Assembly (NCBI GenBank): GCA_963693365.1
Contig: CAVNZM010000009.1
Coordinates: 9,506,046 to 9,570,045 of the forward strand
Direction: 5' to 3'
From: Amoebidium appalachense
Lineage: Eukaryota; Protista; Ichthyosporea
DNA length: 64,000 nt
The notes below the pieces were generated by a model. The model ran no database searches, was not told where the DNA came from, and was given only the letters and a program-made list of their open reading frames with translations. Positions 12,062-23,751 of this stretch are shown piece after piece. A program made the position numbers and the translations under genes. Numbering within the stretch: position 1 is the first letter of the stretch; each line of letters begins with the position of its first letter.

Positions 12062-13012
12062 ATGGATCCAAACAAAACTGGTGTAAACAACCTGAAAATA
12101 ACCATGTGGAAAGGTGAAGGGAAGACTGGTCCCGATAGCAAAACCACCTATTATCAATGGGAAATCATTTTTCTCGGCATGATGACCGGCACTAAAGGTG
12201 TCCGACTCGTGGATGTTGTACTTGCTGACAACTACGTCCCCCCTACCACCGTCGCGGTTGACGGTGAACCGCCCTTCTACGGCTACGGCACTACCGCGGA
12301 ACTCAAGGAGGCCCGCAACTGCCTCCTGCTCCATATGATTCAGAACATCGACCCTTCCGTACTCACCACCGTTGCCCAGTACCGTATTGGCATGGACCCT
12401 GAACGGGCCATGTGGAAATTCCGTCAACACTACCTCCAAGGCAAACCCGATCAGATCCGCATCCTTCACCGTCAGTGGGATGCCTGTGCCCTTCAGCCCG
12501 GTGAATCATTCACCACCTACCTGAGTCGTCTGCAGACCATCGTGAACCAGCTCCAGTCCCTCCAAGATGAGTCCATTCACTTCACTCGTCTAGCTGAGAA
12601 GTTCTTCAACGAACTCACCACCAGAGACGACCTCACCCCTGAGTTCAACCGTCTTATCGAAGACTATCACTTCGGTGATAAGCTATTCCCCGACTTCGAG
12701 TCCCTCCATAACCACGTCAAGGGCATCGAGCTACATCAAGACCTCAAGATGCAACTCCGGAGCAACCGTGCCAACCGTGCCTCCAAGTCCAGCATGGCAT
12801 TAAATGCCAGTGCTCCCCCCCGTGATCTTCCTCGCCGTGACTTACGCAACCGACTTGACCGTACTCCTGGCCCGGACCTCCGAACTCGTCTCTCCCGTCA
12901 GCACACCCGATCCCGTTCCCCCCACCGGCCTGCCTTCCGGTCCACGTCTCGTTCCCCCAGTCGTTCCCGTTTCTCGGGTTCCCGTCGTTCTGATTCCCCC
13001 GGCTCATTCTAA
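12062..13012 (+). CDS. Copia Gag (frameshifted just before the zinc knuckle)
   Basis: Retrotransposon gag-like core (LQPGESFTTYLSRLQTIVNQL). The CCHC knuckle CSYCHEPDHKIIDC is in the next frame. Confidence 0.85.
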   Translation: MDPNKTGVNNLKITMWKGEGKTGPDSKTTYYQWEIIFLGMMTGTKGVRLVDVVLADNYVPPTTVAVDGEPPFYGYGTTAELKEARNCLLLHMIQNIDPSVLTTVAQYRIGMDPERAMWKFRQHYLQGKPDQIRILHRQWDACALQPGESFTTYLSRLQTIVNQLQSLQDESIHFTRLAEKFFNELTTRDDLTPEFNRLIEDYHFGDKLFPDFESLHNHVKGIELHQDLKMQLRSNRANRASKSSMALNASAPPRDLPRRDLRNRLDRTPGPDLRTRLSRQHTRSRSPHRPAFRSTSRSPSRSRFSGSRRSDSPGSF

Positions 13013-14969
13013 CAACCCGTCCGTGAATGCATGCTCCTACTGCCACGAGCCTGATCACAAGATCATCGATTGCCCCGAGCCGAAATGCCGTATGTCCAGA
13101 CACAACCGTTCCCGTCAACTTGAAGGCAGTGAGAAATCTGTCTCCTTTGCTTTCTCGGCATACAATGCTAGCTCCGTCCCCGTGTCCTCCGACCCTGCCT
13201 GGGGTTCCGGGTGCAACATGACTGTCTGCCCCACCAGTGAGTTCTTCCATGACCTCACTCCCCTTCCGACACCGACTCCCGTTGCTGCCTTCAATGGCAC
13301 CCCCGTCTTGGGCACCCACACCGGCCATATCGTCATCAACACCACCACCGACCATGGCACTGCCACCCTTACCATTGAAGCCTACTACACCCCGTCTGGC
13401 CAAGCCTTCCTCATTTCAACATCCCAAGCTGCTGCCGAATACATCAAGGGTGATTTGAATGATGTCTCCACTCCGTCATTCCTCTTCGACCGACTCACCG
13501 GCCGTCATCTCGTCAACCTCCGTCTACACAACGGTCTGTATTACTTCAAGGACTACACCATTCAACCACCCACTCGTCCTGTGGCTCTGGCTGCCACTAC
13601 CAGTGTTAACCCATCCATCTGGCACCATCGTCTGGGGCACCGTGCTATGACCAGCATCAAGGACATGGTGAAACACGACCTTGTTATTGGTCTCCCCTCG
13701 TCTGTCCTCGACTGTGATGTTCCTGATTGTCATGGCTGCATTATGGGTAAAACCACCAAGGCTCCATTCAAGGGTGACCGTCCTCACTCCAACATCCCCG
13801 GTCATGAATGGCATTGGGATTTTTTTGAGCCTACCACAACATCGTACGGAGGTTCCAAGGTTGCTCTCGTCACTGTCTGCCGTGCCTCTGGACTCGTCAA
13901 GATCTACCCGATGGCCGACCGTACAACCACCCTGGACATTCTCACAGCTCACACCAACCTCGTTGCTACCCATGCCCCCTCCAAAGTTGGTGTCTACCAC
14001 TTCGACTCCGGCTCTGAGTTCACCTCCAAGGCTACCCGTGCTTTTTGCCTCTCCCAGGGCATCAAGGCCAGCTATGCTCCGGTGGACTGCCCTCAACTGA
14101 ACGGCTATGTTGAACGTCGTATGCGGTTCCTCCTAGAGATTGTTCGTTGCCTCCTCCATCAAGTCCAAGATCAGTCTCTGTCCCCCAAACTGTGGGCTGA
14201 GGCCCTCCAACATGCCGCCTACATCATCAACGTCACCCCGTCCACGACTGCCAATGGTCGTACACCATTCGAGGTTTTCTACGGTGTCAAGCCCGACATC
14301 TCCGAGCTCAAAGTGTTCGGTTGCCCTGCCTACACTCATGTGCCAGCCTCTAAACGGACCAAGCTGGCCCCCACCGTCAAACTCGGCATGTATATCGGCT
14401 ATGATCTTCAATCACACTGCCACCGGATCTTCAACCCCATCACCCATCGTGTCGGCCTCTTCCGTGATGTGATTTTCGACGAATCAGCTTATCTCCCGTC
14501 CGACATTCCATCAACACTTCCGACCCCCGACACCACTGCCACCTCGACCACCCCACCCCCCACAGTTGACACTGTAGATGATGTTTGTCTGGTGTACTCT
14601 GGCCCCCCCCTGCCATCGTCGTTCCCCAGACACCCCCCCCCCACCGGCCCCCCTGCCCCCGTGCCCGTCCAGCCTGCCGACCTTCATCCTGCCCCTGGCA
14701 ACGTCACCCCCATCCGACCCGGCTCCCCCGACAACTTCCACTCGGCTCCGTCCAGCCCGGAGGTTACCCCCCCTGTAATTCCGAACTTCCAAGTTCCCCC
14801 CCCCCCCGTCTCCACCTCCCCCGGTTCCTGCACCCCGTCGTTCTGCCCGTCTACAGGGCAAGGTTGGACTTCAAGCCACTACCACCCTGCCAGTCCCCCC
14901 CGGTCCCCCCATCAACATCGACCAACTACCCAAAATTGTCCGTCAACTGTGTTCCGGACCCAATGGTGA
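12804..14969 (+). CDS. Copia zinc knuckle, degenerate protease, GAG-pre-integrase and integrase
   Basis: WHHRLGH...CHGC zinc domain, DDE core (WHWD, HFDSGSEF, PQLNGYVER), LWAEA, LKVFGCPAY and RDVIFDE. The protease site reads AWGSGC, lacking the DSG aspartate. Confidence 0.9.
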   Translation: MPVLPPVIFLAVTYATDLTVLLARTSELVSPVSTPDPVPPTGLPSGPRLVPPVVPVSRVPVVLIPPAHSNNPSVNACSYCHEPDHKIIDCPEPKCRMSRHNRSRQLEGSEKSVSFAFSAYNASSVPVSSDPAWGSGCNMTVCPTSEFFHDLTPLPTPTPVAAFNGTPVLGTHTGHIVINTTTDHGTATLTIEAYYTPSGQAFLISTSQAAAEYIKGDLNDVSTPSFLFDRLTGRHLVNLRLHNGLYYFKDYTIQPPTRPVALAATTSVNPSIWHHRLGHRAMTSIKDMVKHDLVIGLPSSVLDCDVPDCHGCIMGKTTKAPFKGDRPHSNIPGHEWHWDFFEPTTTSYGGSKVALVTVCRASGLVKIYPMADRTTTLDILTAHTNLVATHAPSKVGVYHFDSGSEFTSKATRAFCLSQGIKASYAPVDCPQLNGYVERRMRFLLEIVRCLLHQVQDQSLSPKLWAEALQHAAYIINVTPSTTANGRTPFEVFYGVKPDISELKVFGCPAYTHVPASKRTKLAPTVKLGMYIGYDLQSHCHRIFNPITHRVGLFRDVIFDESAYLPSDIPSTLPTPDTTATSTTPPPTVDTVDDVCLVYSGPPLPSSFPRHPPPTGPPAPVPVQPADLHPAPGNVTPIRPGSPDNFHSAPSSPEVTPPVIPNFQVPPPPVSTSPGSCTPSFCPSTGQGWTSSHYHPASPPRSPHQHRPTTQNCPSTVFRTQW

Positions 14970-14976
14970 CCAGGTC

Positions 14977-16488
14977 ATGATCAAGTCAGCCCTCACTGCT
15001 GAGTATCAAGCCTTCGTCGACAAAGACATCTTTGATTTTGTTGACCCTCCCCCTGGTGCTAACATCGTCGGCTTCAAGTGGATTGTCTCCGAGAAAACTC
15101 TCAACTCGGCTGGTGACACCAAGATCAAGGCCCGTGGTGTTGCTCAAGGCTTCAGTCAGCAATACGGTGTTGACTATGAGTTGATTGAGAGCCCTGTCAT
15201 CCGTCCGGCTGCTCTCCGTGCTATCCTAGCTCTGGCCGTTGTTGAAGGTCATGACATCCATCAACTCGACGTGTCTACGGCCTTTCTCAACAGCCCACTC
15301 ACCGAGACCATCTACATGAAACAACCCCCGGGATTCATCACCATGGCCACACTTGGCAAGGTCTGGAGACTCAAGAAAGCCCTGTACGGCCTCAAGCAAG
15401 CCTCCAAGGCTTGGTACGACTTCCTCGACGGCATTCTTCTTGCTCATGGCCTGACCCATACTAAGTCAGGCCCGTGCATCTACCTCCGGTTCTTCCCCAA
15501 CAACGATGTCGTTCGGGCTGGTAACTACGTCGACGACTCCACCATCACCAACACCCGGGGTTCTACTGCTGCCAGTGACCTGGCTGCCCACATCAGCAAG
15601 ATGGCCAGCTGTCGTATGAGTCCATTTGACCGTATGCTCGGTGTTGATTTTAATCACTCTGATCCCCATCACCTCCACATGCACCAGAGGTCTTACATCA
15701 TGGATATCATCCACGACTTCAACCTCACCGATGCCAAGTCCAAGTCTACCCCCATCCCTGCAGGCACCACCGTCTCCCTGGCTGACTGCCCCCCCCAACC
15801 GTTCACCGTGCCCTACCGTGAGTTACTCGGCCGTCTCCTCTGGGTGGCCCGATGCACACGTCCCGACATTGCCTATGCCATCGGCTTCCTTGGTCGGTTC
15901 AGCACCAACCCCGGCAAGACTCACTGGGACCTTCTCCGTCGTGTGGCCCGGTACCTGCTCGGCACCATTGACCTTGGCATTGACTACAAGTACTCGGCCA
16001 ACCAGCCCCCCATACTCGAATGCTACACGGATGCTGACTTTGCTGGTTGTGCCGACAGCAAGAAGTCTACCACCGGCTACATCATCGAGTTTGCTGGTAT
16101 GCCCATCATCTGGTACTCCAAGCTCCAGCCCATCATGGCCACCAGCACCACTGAAGCTGAGCTGATTGCTCTCAATGCTGGCACCCAAGAAGTTGCTTGG
16201 GTCCGTGACCTCTTCAAGGAACTCGGCTGCCCCATGCTTGCTCCGACTCCGGTGTACTGTGACAACCAGTCGACCATTGCCATCGTCAACTCCACCGGCA
16301 TCAAGCACCGTACCAAACACATTGCCGTCCGGTATCACAACACCATGGACTACATTGCAAGTGGGGATGTGGTTGTCCACTACGTTGAGTCAGCCCACAA
16401 CTTAGCTGACATCCTCACCAAACCCCTCCCCGGCCCGAGTCATGTCACCCATCGTGCCCGACTTTGTTTGCCAGATATTGTGGATTGA
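14977..16488 (+). CDS. Copia reverse transcriptase and RNase H
   Basis: KARGVAQGFSQ, QLDVSTAFLN, LKKALYGLKQ, YVDD, TRPDIAYA, YTDADFAG, STTEAE, YCDNQS, KHIAVRYH, NLADILTK. Confidence 0.96.
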   Translation: MIKSALTAEYQAFVDKDIFDFVDPPPGANIVGFKWIVSEKTLNSAGDTKIKARGVAQGFSQQYGVDYELIESPVIRPAALRAILALAVVEGHDIHQLDVSTAFLNSPLTETIYMKQPPGFITMATLGKVWRLKKALYGLKQASKAWYDFLDGILLAHGLTHTKSGPCIYLRFFPNNDVVRAGNYVDDSTITNTRGSTAASDLAAHISKMASCRMSPFDRMLGVDFNHSDPHHLHMHQRSYIMDIIHDFNLTDAKSKSTPIPAGTTVSLADCPPQPFTVPYRELLGRLLWVARCTRPDIAYAIGFLGRFSTNPGKTHWDLLRRVARYLLGTIDLGIDYKYSANQPPILECYTDADFAGCADSKKSTTGYIIEFAGMPIIWYSKLQPIMATSTTEAELIALNAGTQEVAWVRDLFKELGCPMLAPTPVYCDNQSTIAIVNSTGIKHRTKHIAVRYHNTMDYIASGDVVVHYVESAHNLADILTKPLPGPSHVTHRARLCLPDIVD

Positions 16489-16907
16489 CCCGTCCTACTT
16501 CAAGAGTGATTTTCTAATGTTTACTCCTTACTTTATCATAATCATTATTTCATATGTATATTGCCTTTGTGGGTATGCCCACTTAGGGTTTTTATATAAG
16601 GTTTGACCTGTACCATGACTCTACTCTATCTTTCACTGGTTTAAAACCCAGTTAATCAAACCCCGACTATACACGTTATACATATTCGTTGTTTTTGCCC
16701 CGGTTCCTTCCCCCCCCCCCCCCTCCCCCCTCCCCCCCCTCCCCCTCCCCCCTTCTCCCCCCCCCTCCCCCCCCCCCCCCCCCCCCCCCCGGGAAACGTA
16801 CACACTTTAAAATTTTTTTTTTCTTTTTCGTTTCTGTTCTCAAGTGGGGAGATTTCACTAGTTCAGTGGGGATATGATAACACAAACTTCAAAGTCTTAA
16901 GTGGGGA

Positions 16908-17832
16908 TGTTGTAATACGTAGTATTTACATATGGTAAGATCTTCTCAGTTTGTGTTATGTTTCAGTTCATATGCTTAGTGTATATGCCACACTCCTATT
17001 ATGTAAAGTGTAGCATCGATCTCCGATATGCTTGTATACTTGTAATCGTGTTGTATCGGCTTTAATCGTGTGTTGTAATATCGATTAGAATATTTATATG
17101 TGTGTACACGGATCCACCCACTCAGGGAGAGACGTGTACATGTTCGTGTGTACATAAATATCTCTGGTTATAGTTGTGCTATTACTATCTTGTTTGTTGA
17201 TCTGTGCTCTCTTTTCCTTCCTCTTTCTCCTTCCTTATTTTCTTTTCTTTCTCTCCTTGTCTTCATGTGTATAATCGTATTTCTTTTCTACTAATATATG
17301 TTAGGTAGATTTGTGTTACTTAATACGTGTTCATTGGACGGTAACACACTTAGGCTACACTTAGAATAGCATGTGTGTTTAGACTTCATTAATTCACTTT
17401 AGTTTTCATGTGTTGCCGGGCCTTAACCAATCATCAAGGTTAAGTGTGATATGTCTGAGTCTTTGCAGTATGTCATAGGTTAGAACTTCCTTGATGATGA
17501 CACGAGTTGATCTTAACTAGTGTCTGTGTCCTATCGTGTACGTCTCCGCGTACCGGATCTCTCTGAAAGCAATTGGTCCTTAGTGATTGGTTTCTATTAG
17601 AGATAGATCTGATTTCCGACTGGTCGGAAATCATGTATGGATTGGACTTAGAGGAATTTCAGGTATTTATTTGAAGATCAGAATAAATTCAGTTCAGTCG
17701 TGTCTAAACATTGATGTCTGTTGTGTACACTGCTCCGATCGTTCCGTGTTTTGTTGTTGTGTGTGTCTGTGGTGTTTTCACACTGCACCACTGTGTCTCT
17801 GCTTACATCCCAAATACTTATATAATTTAACA
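16908..17832 (+). repeat. Copia 3' LTR (925 bp)
   Basis: TGTTGTAATAC...TTTAACA. Matches the LTRs at 7604-8528 and 9964-10888 (inverted) with few substitutions. Confidence 0.95.
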
Positions 17833-18109
17833 AGACCAGCCATATTTATATCATATGTATATGGTTGGTAATTCGTAAAATACATCCATGTATATCATAT
17901 GTCATGGGTTACGATGGTATTAAGCCGCTCCTAAACATATACTTAAGATATCCAACGGGATGGGTTTGGATACTCGGATGGTGAAGATTACGATGGGTTT
18001 CCGCTGCGCGTAATGGCATACATAGTATATCCATTAGGTAGGTTTCTGACTTTGAAATGGGGGGGTTTGTGTCCGTATTATGGCGGTATTCAGACCCCTC
18101 GTAATGCTC

Positions 18110-18420
18110 TCGTATGTATGTTCTATGTATAGTCGTATGTATATACATAGGTTATACATTGTATATCCATATGAATATACATAGGTTATACATTGGATAT
18201 ACATAGAATATCCTATGTATAGTGCAATGTATATACATTGGATATCCTATGTATAGTGCAATGTATATACATTGGATATCCTATGTATAGTGCAATGTAT
18301 ATACATCGGATATACATAGGATATACATATGACATACGCTCTACGACATCCATAAACCCTATGGATGTCGTAAAGAGGGTTTATGGATGTCGTAAAGCGT
18401 ATATCCAATGTATATACATA
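18110..18420. repeat. Degenerate ~34-bp tandem repeat plus a small inverted repeat
   Basis: Several tatatacattggatatcctatgtatagtgcaatg-type units. tacgacatccat/atggatgtcgta inverted pair at ~18342-18393. Confidence 0.6.
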
Positions 18421-18433
18421 AGACGCTCCGTTA

Positions 18434-20093
18434 AGGTTTTATTTGTGGAAATTATTGACATAAATATTTTTCTGGGTAAACACGTAGGATGGGTGTCCGA
18501 TATCAACAGGCTTCGTTTCATGTTTTAGCAGTTCGCGTTCGGCTGCCCGCATACGGGCACCTATTAGCCGATCAAAACATCAGATTCCACAGATCACTAG
18601 ACCGAGTTTGATTGGCTCAGGATAAGATTTCACATAACACTAGATCGGTTTTGATTGGCTCAGTTCGGCAGCCTTAGGTATATAAGCACGACAGTCTTTA
18701 GCAGATCAGCAAGCAACAACACATCCTCTGTGTTTAGCACCTACAGCTTTACAGCTATATTTTCTTTTTCGACCAGGGAGCCCCTCCTGCCCTCCCACCT
18801 TAGCCTACTCCATGGCCAGTGCCCCACCAAGGCCTCCTCGGCCAATCTCCGGCTATGGACGGCCCTCATCGTCGGTTTCTGTGGTCTCCTCCGTTCGGGG
18901 GAATTTACCTCCAAAACCCTGACTTCCTTTGACCCGTCCCGTCACGTTAAACGGAAAGACGTGACCTTCACCTACACCCCCACCGGTACTTTGTCCCATG
19001 CCACCCTCCACCTGCCAACCTCTAAGACGGATGTACAGGCCCGAGGTGTCAACGTCACTCTAGCTGCCCTGCCCCTCACCCACTTCTCCCCAGCCCATCT
19101 CCTCCGGCAGTTCCTGGATACAACGTCCGGTCAACCCCACGACCCCCTCTTCAGTCTCGGTGGCATCCCCTACACCAAGAGTGCTTTCTCTGCCGACTTC
19201 CGTGCCCTCCTCTCCCGGGCAGGCCTCTCACCCTCCCGGTTTGCCGGACACAGCCTCCGCATCGGGGGGGCCACAGCACTGGCTGAGGCCGGGGTCGACG
19301 ACTCCCGGATCAAACAACTCGGCAGGTGGTCCTCCGACTGTTTCCTGCTCTATACCCGACTTCGTCCGGCCTCCATTGCTGCCACTACCACACGTGTATT
19401 CGCCTCTATTCTTAAGTGAAACCTTTGGAGCAAGCATACTGCTCTCGTGCCGTGGTTTACAACCATTGCAGGTTCACTTTCGTCCAAGGGGATGTCCCCC
19501 TAGAGGCAACACACGTCCCGGAGTAGTTTTCATAGAGGTTTTATTTGTGGAAATTATTGACATAAATATTTTTCTGGGTAAACACGTAGGATGGGTGTCC
19601 GATATCAACAGGCTTTGTTTCATGTTTTAGCAGTTCGCGTTCGGCTGCCCGCATACGGGCACCTATTAGCCGATCAAAACATCAGATTCCACAGATCACT
19701 AGACCGAGTTTGATTGGCTCAGGATAAGATTTCACATAACACTAGATCGGTTTTGATTGGCTCAGTTCGGCAGCCTTAGGTATATAAGCACGACAGTCTT
19801 TAGCAGATCAGCAAGCAACAACACATCCTCTGTGTTTAGCACCTACAGCTTTACAGCTATATTTTCTTTTTCACCCACCCACCTACACCCTACACTCAAC
19901 CCCCATTGATCCCCACATACGTGCTGTTTTTTCACGGGGCGAAGACTTCCCCCGTTTTTTGGGCACAAGGACCTCACGGATCAATAAATTGATGACTGGG
20001 GGCTTGCCGTGGTTTACAACCATTGCAGGTTCACTTTCGTCCAAGGGGATGTCCCCCTAGAGGCAACACACGTCCCGGAGTAGTTTTCATAGA
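18434..20093 (+). mobile_element. Second, further-deleted copy of the Ngaro element
   Basis: A1 (18434-18770) is joined directly to the middle of the YR, followed by B1-A2-spacer-B2. Near-identical to the inverted copy at 404-4378. Confidence 0.92.
18771..19419 (+). pseudogene. 5'-truncated tyrosine recombinase (catalytic domain only)
   Basis: TREPLLPSHL...GHSLRIGGAT...GRWSSDCFLLY, one substitution relative to ORF 1078-2052. Confidence 0.9.
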
Positions 20094-20762
20094 CCCCATG
20101 GAACTCTTTACACTATCGTAAAGAGGTCGTGCAACCACTCCATATGAACTCGCGGTGTGCTTTACGATGGGTGACAGGTTTACGCCATCGGAGATGGCAT
20201 TACGAGGGGTAACGATCCCCGGTGGAGATTGCTGATGTCCGTCGTTTATTTATATTCATATCCCACCATATATATTGGTTTTCTTCTATATTCGACTTTA
20301 TATATATGTCGAACTGGGATGGCGACCCAGTATAAATAATTATCTATAGCCTTGCGAGCTGGTTGACTGCCAGTCTAAACCTAGTCCACGGGATGCACCT
20401 TCCCCGTGTCTTAACTGGTTGACAACCAGTCTATAAATCAGTCCACAAGATGTTCATGCCTTGTGTTTACCTGGGTGGTCCCCAGTATAAAACATTAGCC
20501 ACCAACACGTCACACATACACTAGTGTGTCCTCTATATATATATCTCGACGATAACCACCATGATTTATTGTTCCGAGTCTTCCGAGGCAACCGTCGTTG
20601 TGTGCCTCTTCAGTTTTGATTCTCTCCTTCCCACCTCAAGGATCTTCGGTTTGCATCCTCGAGTGGGGAAACTTGAATGTGACGGCCCCTCCTGTGTTTG
20701 GACCTCATCTACCGTCACATCAACAGACACGAGAACACAAACTTCAACCCCTTGAGTGGGGA

Positions 20763-20879
20763 TGTTGGAATACGTCACCATGTATGACAGCAAGAGCCTT
20801 GAAGTATGTATGTGTCTTAGCTTGTTTGTATTCGTGTCTGCTTTCCTTCTTTTCTCTCTCTCTCTCTCTCTCTTTCTCT

Positions 20880-20910
<31 letters not shown>

Positions 20911-20911
20911 T

Positions 20912-20960
<49 letters not shown>

Positions 20961-21736
20961 TTCTCTTTCTCTCTCTCTCTCCCTCCCCCCCCCCCCCCCC
21001 CCCCCCGTATCTCTCTCTCCCTTTGTTTCTGTGGGCACAGATATCTGTAGATCTGTGCACACCTGGCTCTCTTGCCTGATAAGAACTTATTGTATTTTAT
21101 TTCTGTTTGCTCTCCTCTGTTTATCTGAGAGGTAGCGTGATTGGCTAGCCTCACTCGTTGTCTTTCCTTTATTTCAAAATGGCTTAGTTTTGTTCTCAAT
21201 AGGATAGCTCGCCAATAGTCGCGAGCGAGTACATCTGTAGATCATGTTGTGCATTCCTGTCTATTAATATATGTGTGTTGTGATTGGACAATAGATATAT
21301 ATGGAATTCGGTTTATTGCAAAGTGTCTTCACTTTGAGAGTGTCGACTATTAGGGAATATATGTATTTAAATACGTTTCTTTATAGAGACGAACATAAAT
21401 ATATATGTGAGTTAATAGTAACTAGATGTATAATTACTTAATTTATTTAAGTAAGAGTTTCTAAACTTTAGTTTAATCGGAAGTTGGAATGCGTATGCTC
21501 TGTCGGAATGTGTTTTTCTATCATCTGATAGAACCGATTGGTTCTCCCTCTTTAGTTGTGATAAGGTGATAAGTCACAAGTACAAAAGGAACCGAGAGCA
21601 CAATAAAGAATCAGTTGTTGTTTGAAATCTTTCAATGTCTCGTGAACAACTCCGATTGCCCTCTCATTAATGTGTTAGTCGTGTTTTACATGACACCTCT
21701 GTGCACTCTGCTCCCTTAGACCCGTACAAAACAACA
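20763..21736 (+). repeat. LTR of a second Copia-like family, preceded by a PPT
   Basis: aacacaaacttcaa...gagtgggga|TGTTGG...ACAACA. The pre-PPT motif resembles that of the Copia at ~16880-16907. A diverged inverted relative starts at 26404. Confidence 0.6.
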
Positions 21737-21926
21737 CCCCCCCCCCCCCCGCCTCCCCCTCCCCCCCGCTGTGTGGAAATTCAATGGGAAGAGCGTACAA
21801 AACACACACAGAGTCTGAACGTAAGCCCAACATCAGAGAGGCCCTAAAGGGTATCAGGATACGCAACACAGCCCAGAGCACGATTCACCGCACACAAGCA
21901 CTATGCAGATGAATGGGGGAAGGAGG

Positions 21927-21961
<35 letters not shown>

Positions 21962-22853
21962 ATATACAAGGAGAGAGGCGGGGGACGGGGTAAATGGGTG
22001 GGTGGGGGTGGGGGTGGGGGGGGGGGGGGGGGGGGGGGGGGGGTGGAATGTGTTACTGAGTAAAAAGCACATCTTCACAACAATCATAGAAATCCAGATT
22101 TTGCAAGAGCGCAAAAAAGAGTATGCAACATAAGCCGAGCCCATGCGAGATGGGGTGGAGTGGGTGGGGAGGGGGAGGGGGGGGGGGGGGGGGGGTCTGA
22201 GGAGATTTGATGGATGCGCCATAAAGCACGAAGTACACATTCACAACGGACAACACAACGCAGAGTGCAAACCGCACGTAAAGAGTATGCATAATAAGCA
22301 GAGCCCATCCTCAGGGGTTGGGGGGGGGGGGGGGGGGGGGAGGGAGGGGGGGGGGGGGGAATGTACCATCCAGGAGAGAGGCGTCGCTCCTCTTCCTGCC
22401 CACCGGCCCAGCCGTGCCCGTGCCATCCTCCACACAGGCTGCACGTACAACATTGTATGGGGCGCTCCCCTCCCTCCTCTCAATATCACTCACACCACTA
22501 ACCACACCACCAACACCATCCCCATCTGCTAACGTATTCGCATGCAAATGATTCTCGTTTCCAACTAGATCGTTTTTCGTGCGCACAGGGGTGGCCCTGC
22601 GAAGCTCGTTCGTGCACGCTGTTTGGTTTGTCCAGCGGGGAAACATCTGGTGCTGTGCTGGTGACGTTTTCGACATGGTGGGAACTCGTGGTGCTGATCG
22701 AGACATCTGTTATTCCTGTGGAGGAAAAAGGATGGAGAGAGATGGTGAGCATTGCGGGATTGGGTGAAAAAGACGAGGACCGGTAGGTAAGAAGGAGAGG
22801 GGGGAGGGTAGGAATGAGGCACGCGAATGAAGGGAGGCGCGACGGTGTTGGTT

Positions 22854-22885
<32 letters not shown>

Positions 22886-22906
22886 TTTTTTTGGGGGGGG
22901 GGGGGT

Positions 22907-23083
22907 TGAATGCGGAACACGGTCCGAAGTACGCATACACGAAGGACACATGCAAAGGCAAACATTCAAGTGCAAAGGCAAACATTCAAGTATGCAACAT
23001 CAGCCATGCGCACAGTATGCGTCATAAGCAGAGCCCATCCTCAGGGAGGGCCCAAATCATCAAAAGCGTCTGAGTTTCGACCC
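22907..23083 (+). repeat. Dispersed ~160-180-bp intronic repeat
   Basis: Unit ttgaatgcggaacacgg...agcccatcctcagggagggccc...gagtttcgacccc. Related copies at 44783-44940 (+), ~7113-7251 (-), ~30597-30725 (-) and a partial one at ~22260-22315. Confidence 0.75.
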
Positions 23084-23414
23084 CGGGGGGGGGGGGGGGG
23101 GGGGGGGGTGTGTCCTTGTAGGTGTGCCTACCTCTCGCTTCATCTTACAGCCTCCTGAGTTTAAAATGGCCCCAGTTAACCAACCGAACCGTGCACAACT
23201 GTAAGGGACCGCAGCTGAACCAGAACTAGTTCGTCACAAACATGCAAAAAAACCAACTCACAATTCCCCTGTAAGTAGACTTTTTTTCACCACGGAAACA
23301 AAAATTCGGTTTCTGTCTCAGGAAAACGTGAGCGCAATTCGCACACGTGGCAGGGTCTGTGTGAGTTTGTGCAAAGGATGAGGGACACACGTTCACCTGT
23401 CCAAAAAAGGTAAC

Positions 23415-23713
23415 TGGTTGAAGCCCATTCGCACCTATTACCACTGCTTAGGTTGATTCTCGACAACAGCAAGAGGTATGTGCGATATGTTTTTTTTAGT
23501 TGTACATGTACGGCATGTTTTTTTTTTATAGTTAACGTTGTACACGTACGGCATGTGGGTTGGATATGCTGGCATCGGATACACTTTCTTGCTTGTGAAA
23601 TGCAGTAAACATGAATGTGTAACTGGTCAAGATACTTGCATGCTTGTGGGGCTGGATACAGTTTTATAAACCTTAACAGTGGATATGCTTGTATTCGGTG
23701 GGGGTAGGGGAGG

Positions 23714-23751
<38 letters not shown>

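Larger units (their letters stand above)
11398..17832 (+). mobile_element. Ty1/Copia LTR retrotransposon, defective
   Basis: Domain order gag-PR-IN-RT-RH. Complete 3' LTR 16908-17832 after PPT AAGTGGGGA. The 5' LTR (11398-~12051) has a ~60-bp internal deletion and lacks its 3' end and the PBS. Flanks (cccct / agacc) do not form a TSD. Confidence 0.95.

Noticed and set aside
12990-13012. Programmed gag-pol frameshift in the Copia
   Set aside because: The shift falls before the zinc knuckle at a C run, and the element has other lesions (PBS loss, protease site, break near 14970). Mutation or sequencing error is more likely.
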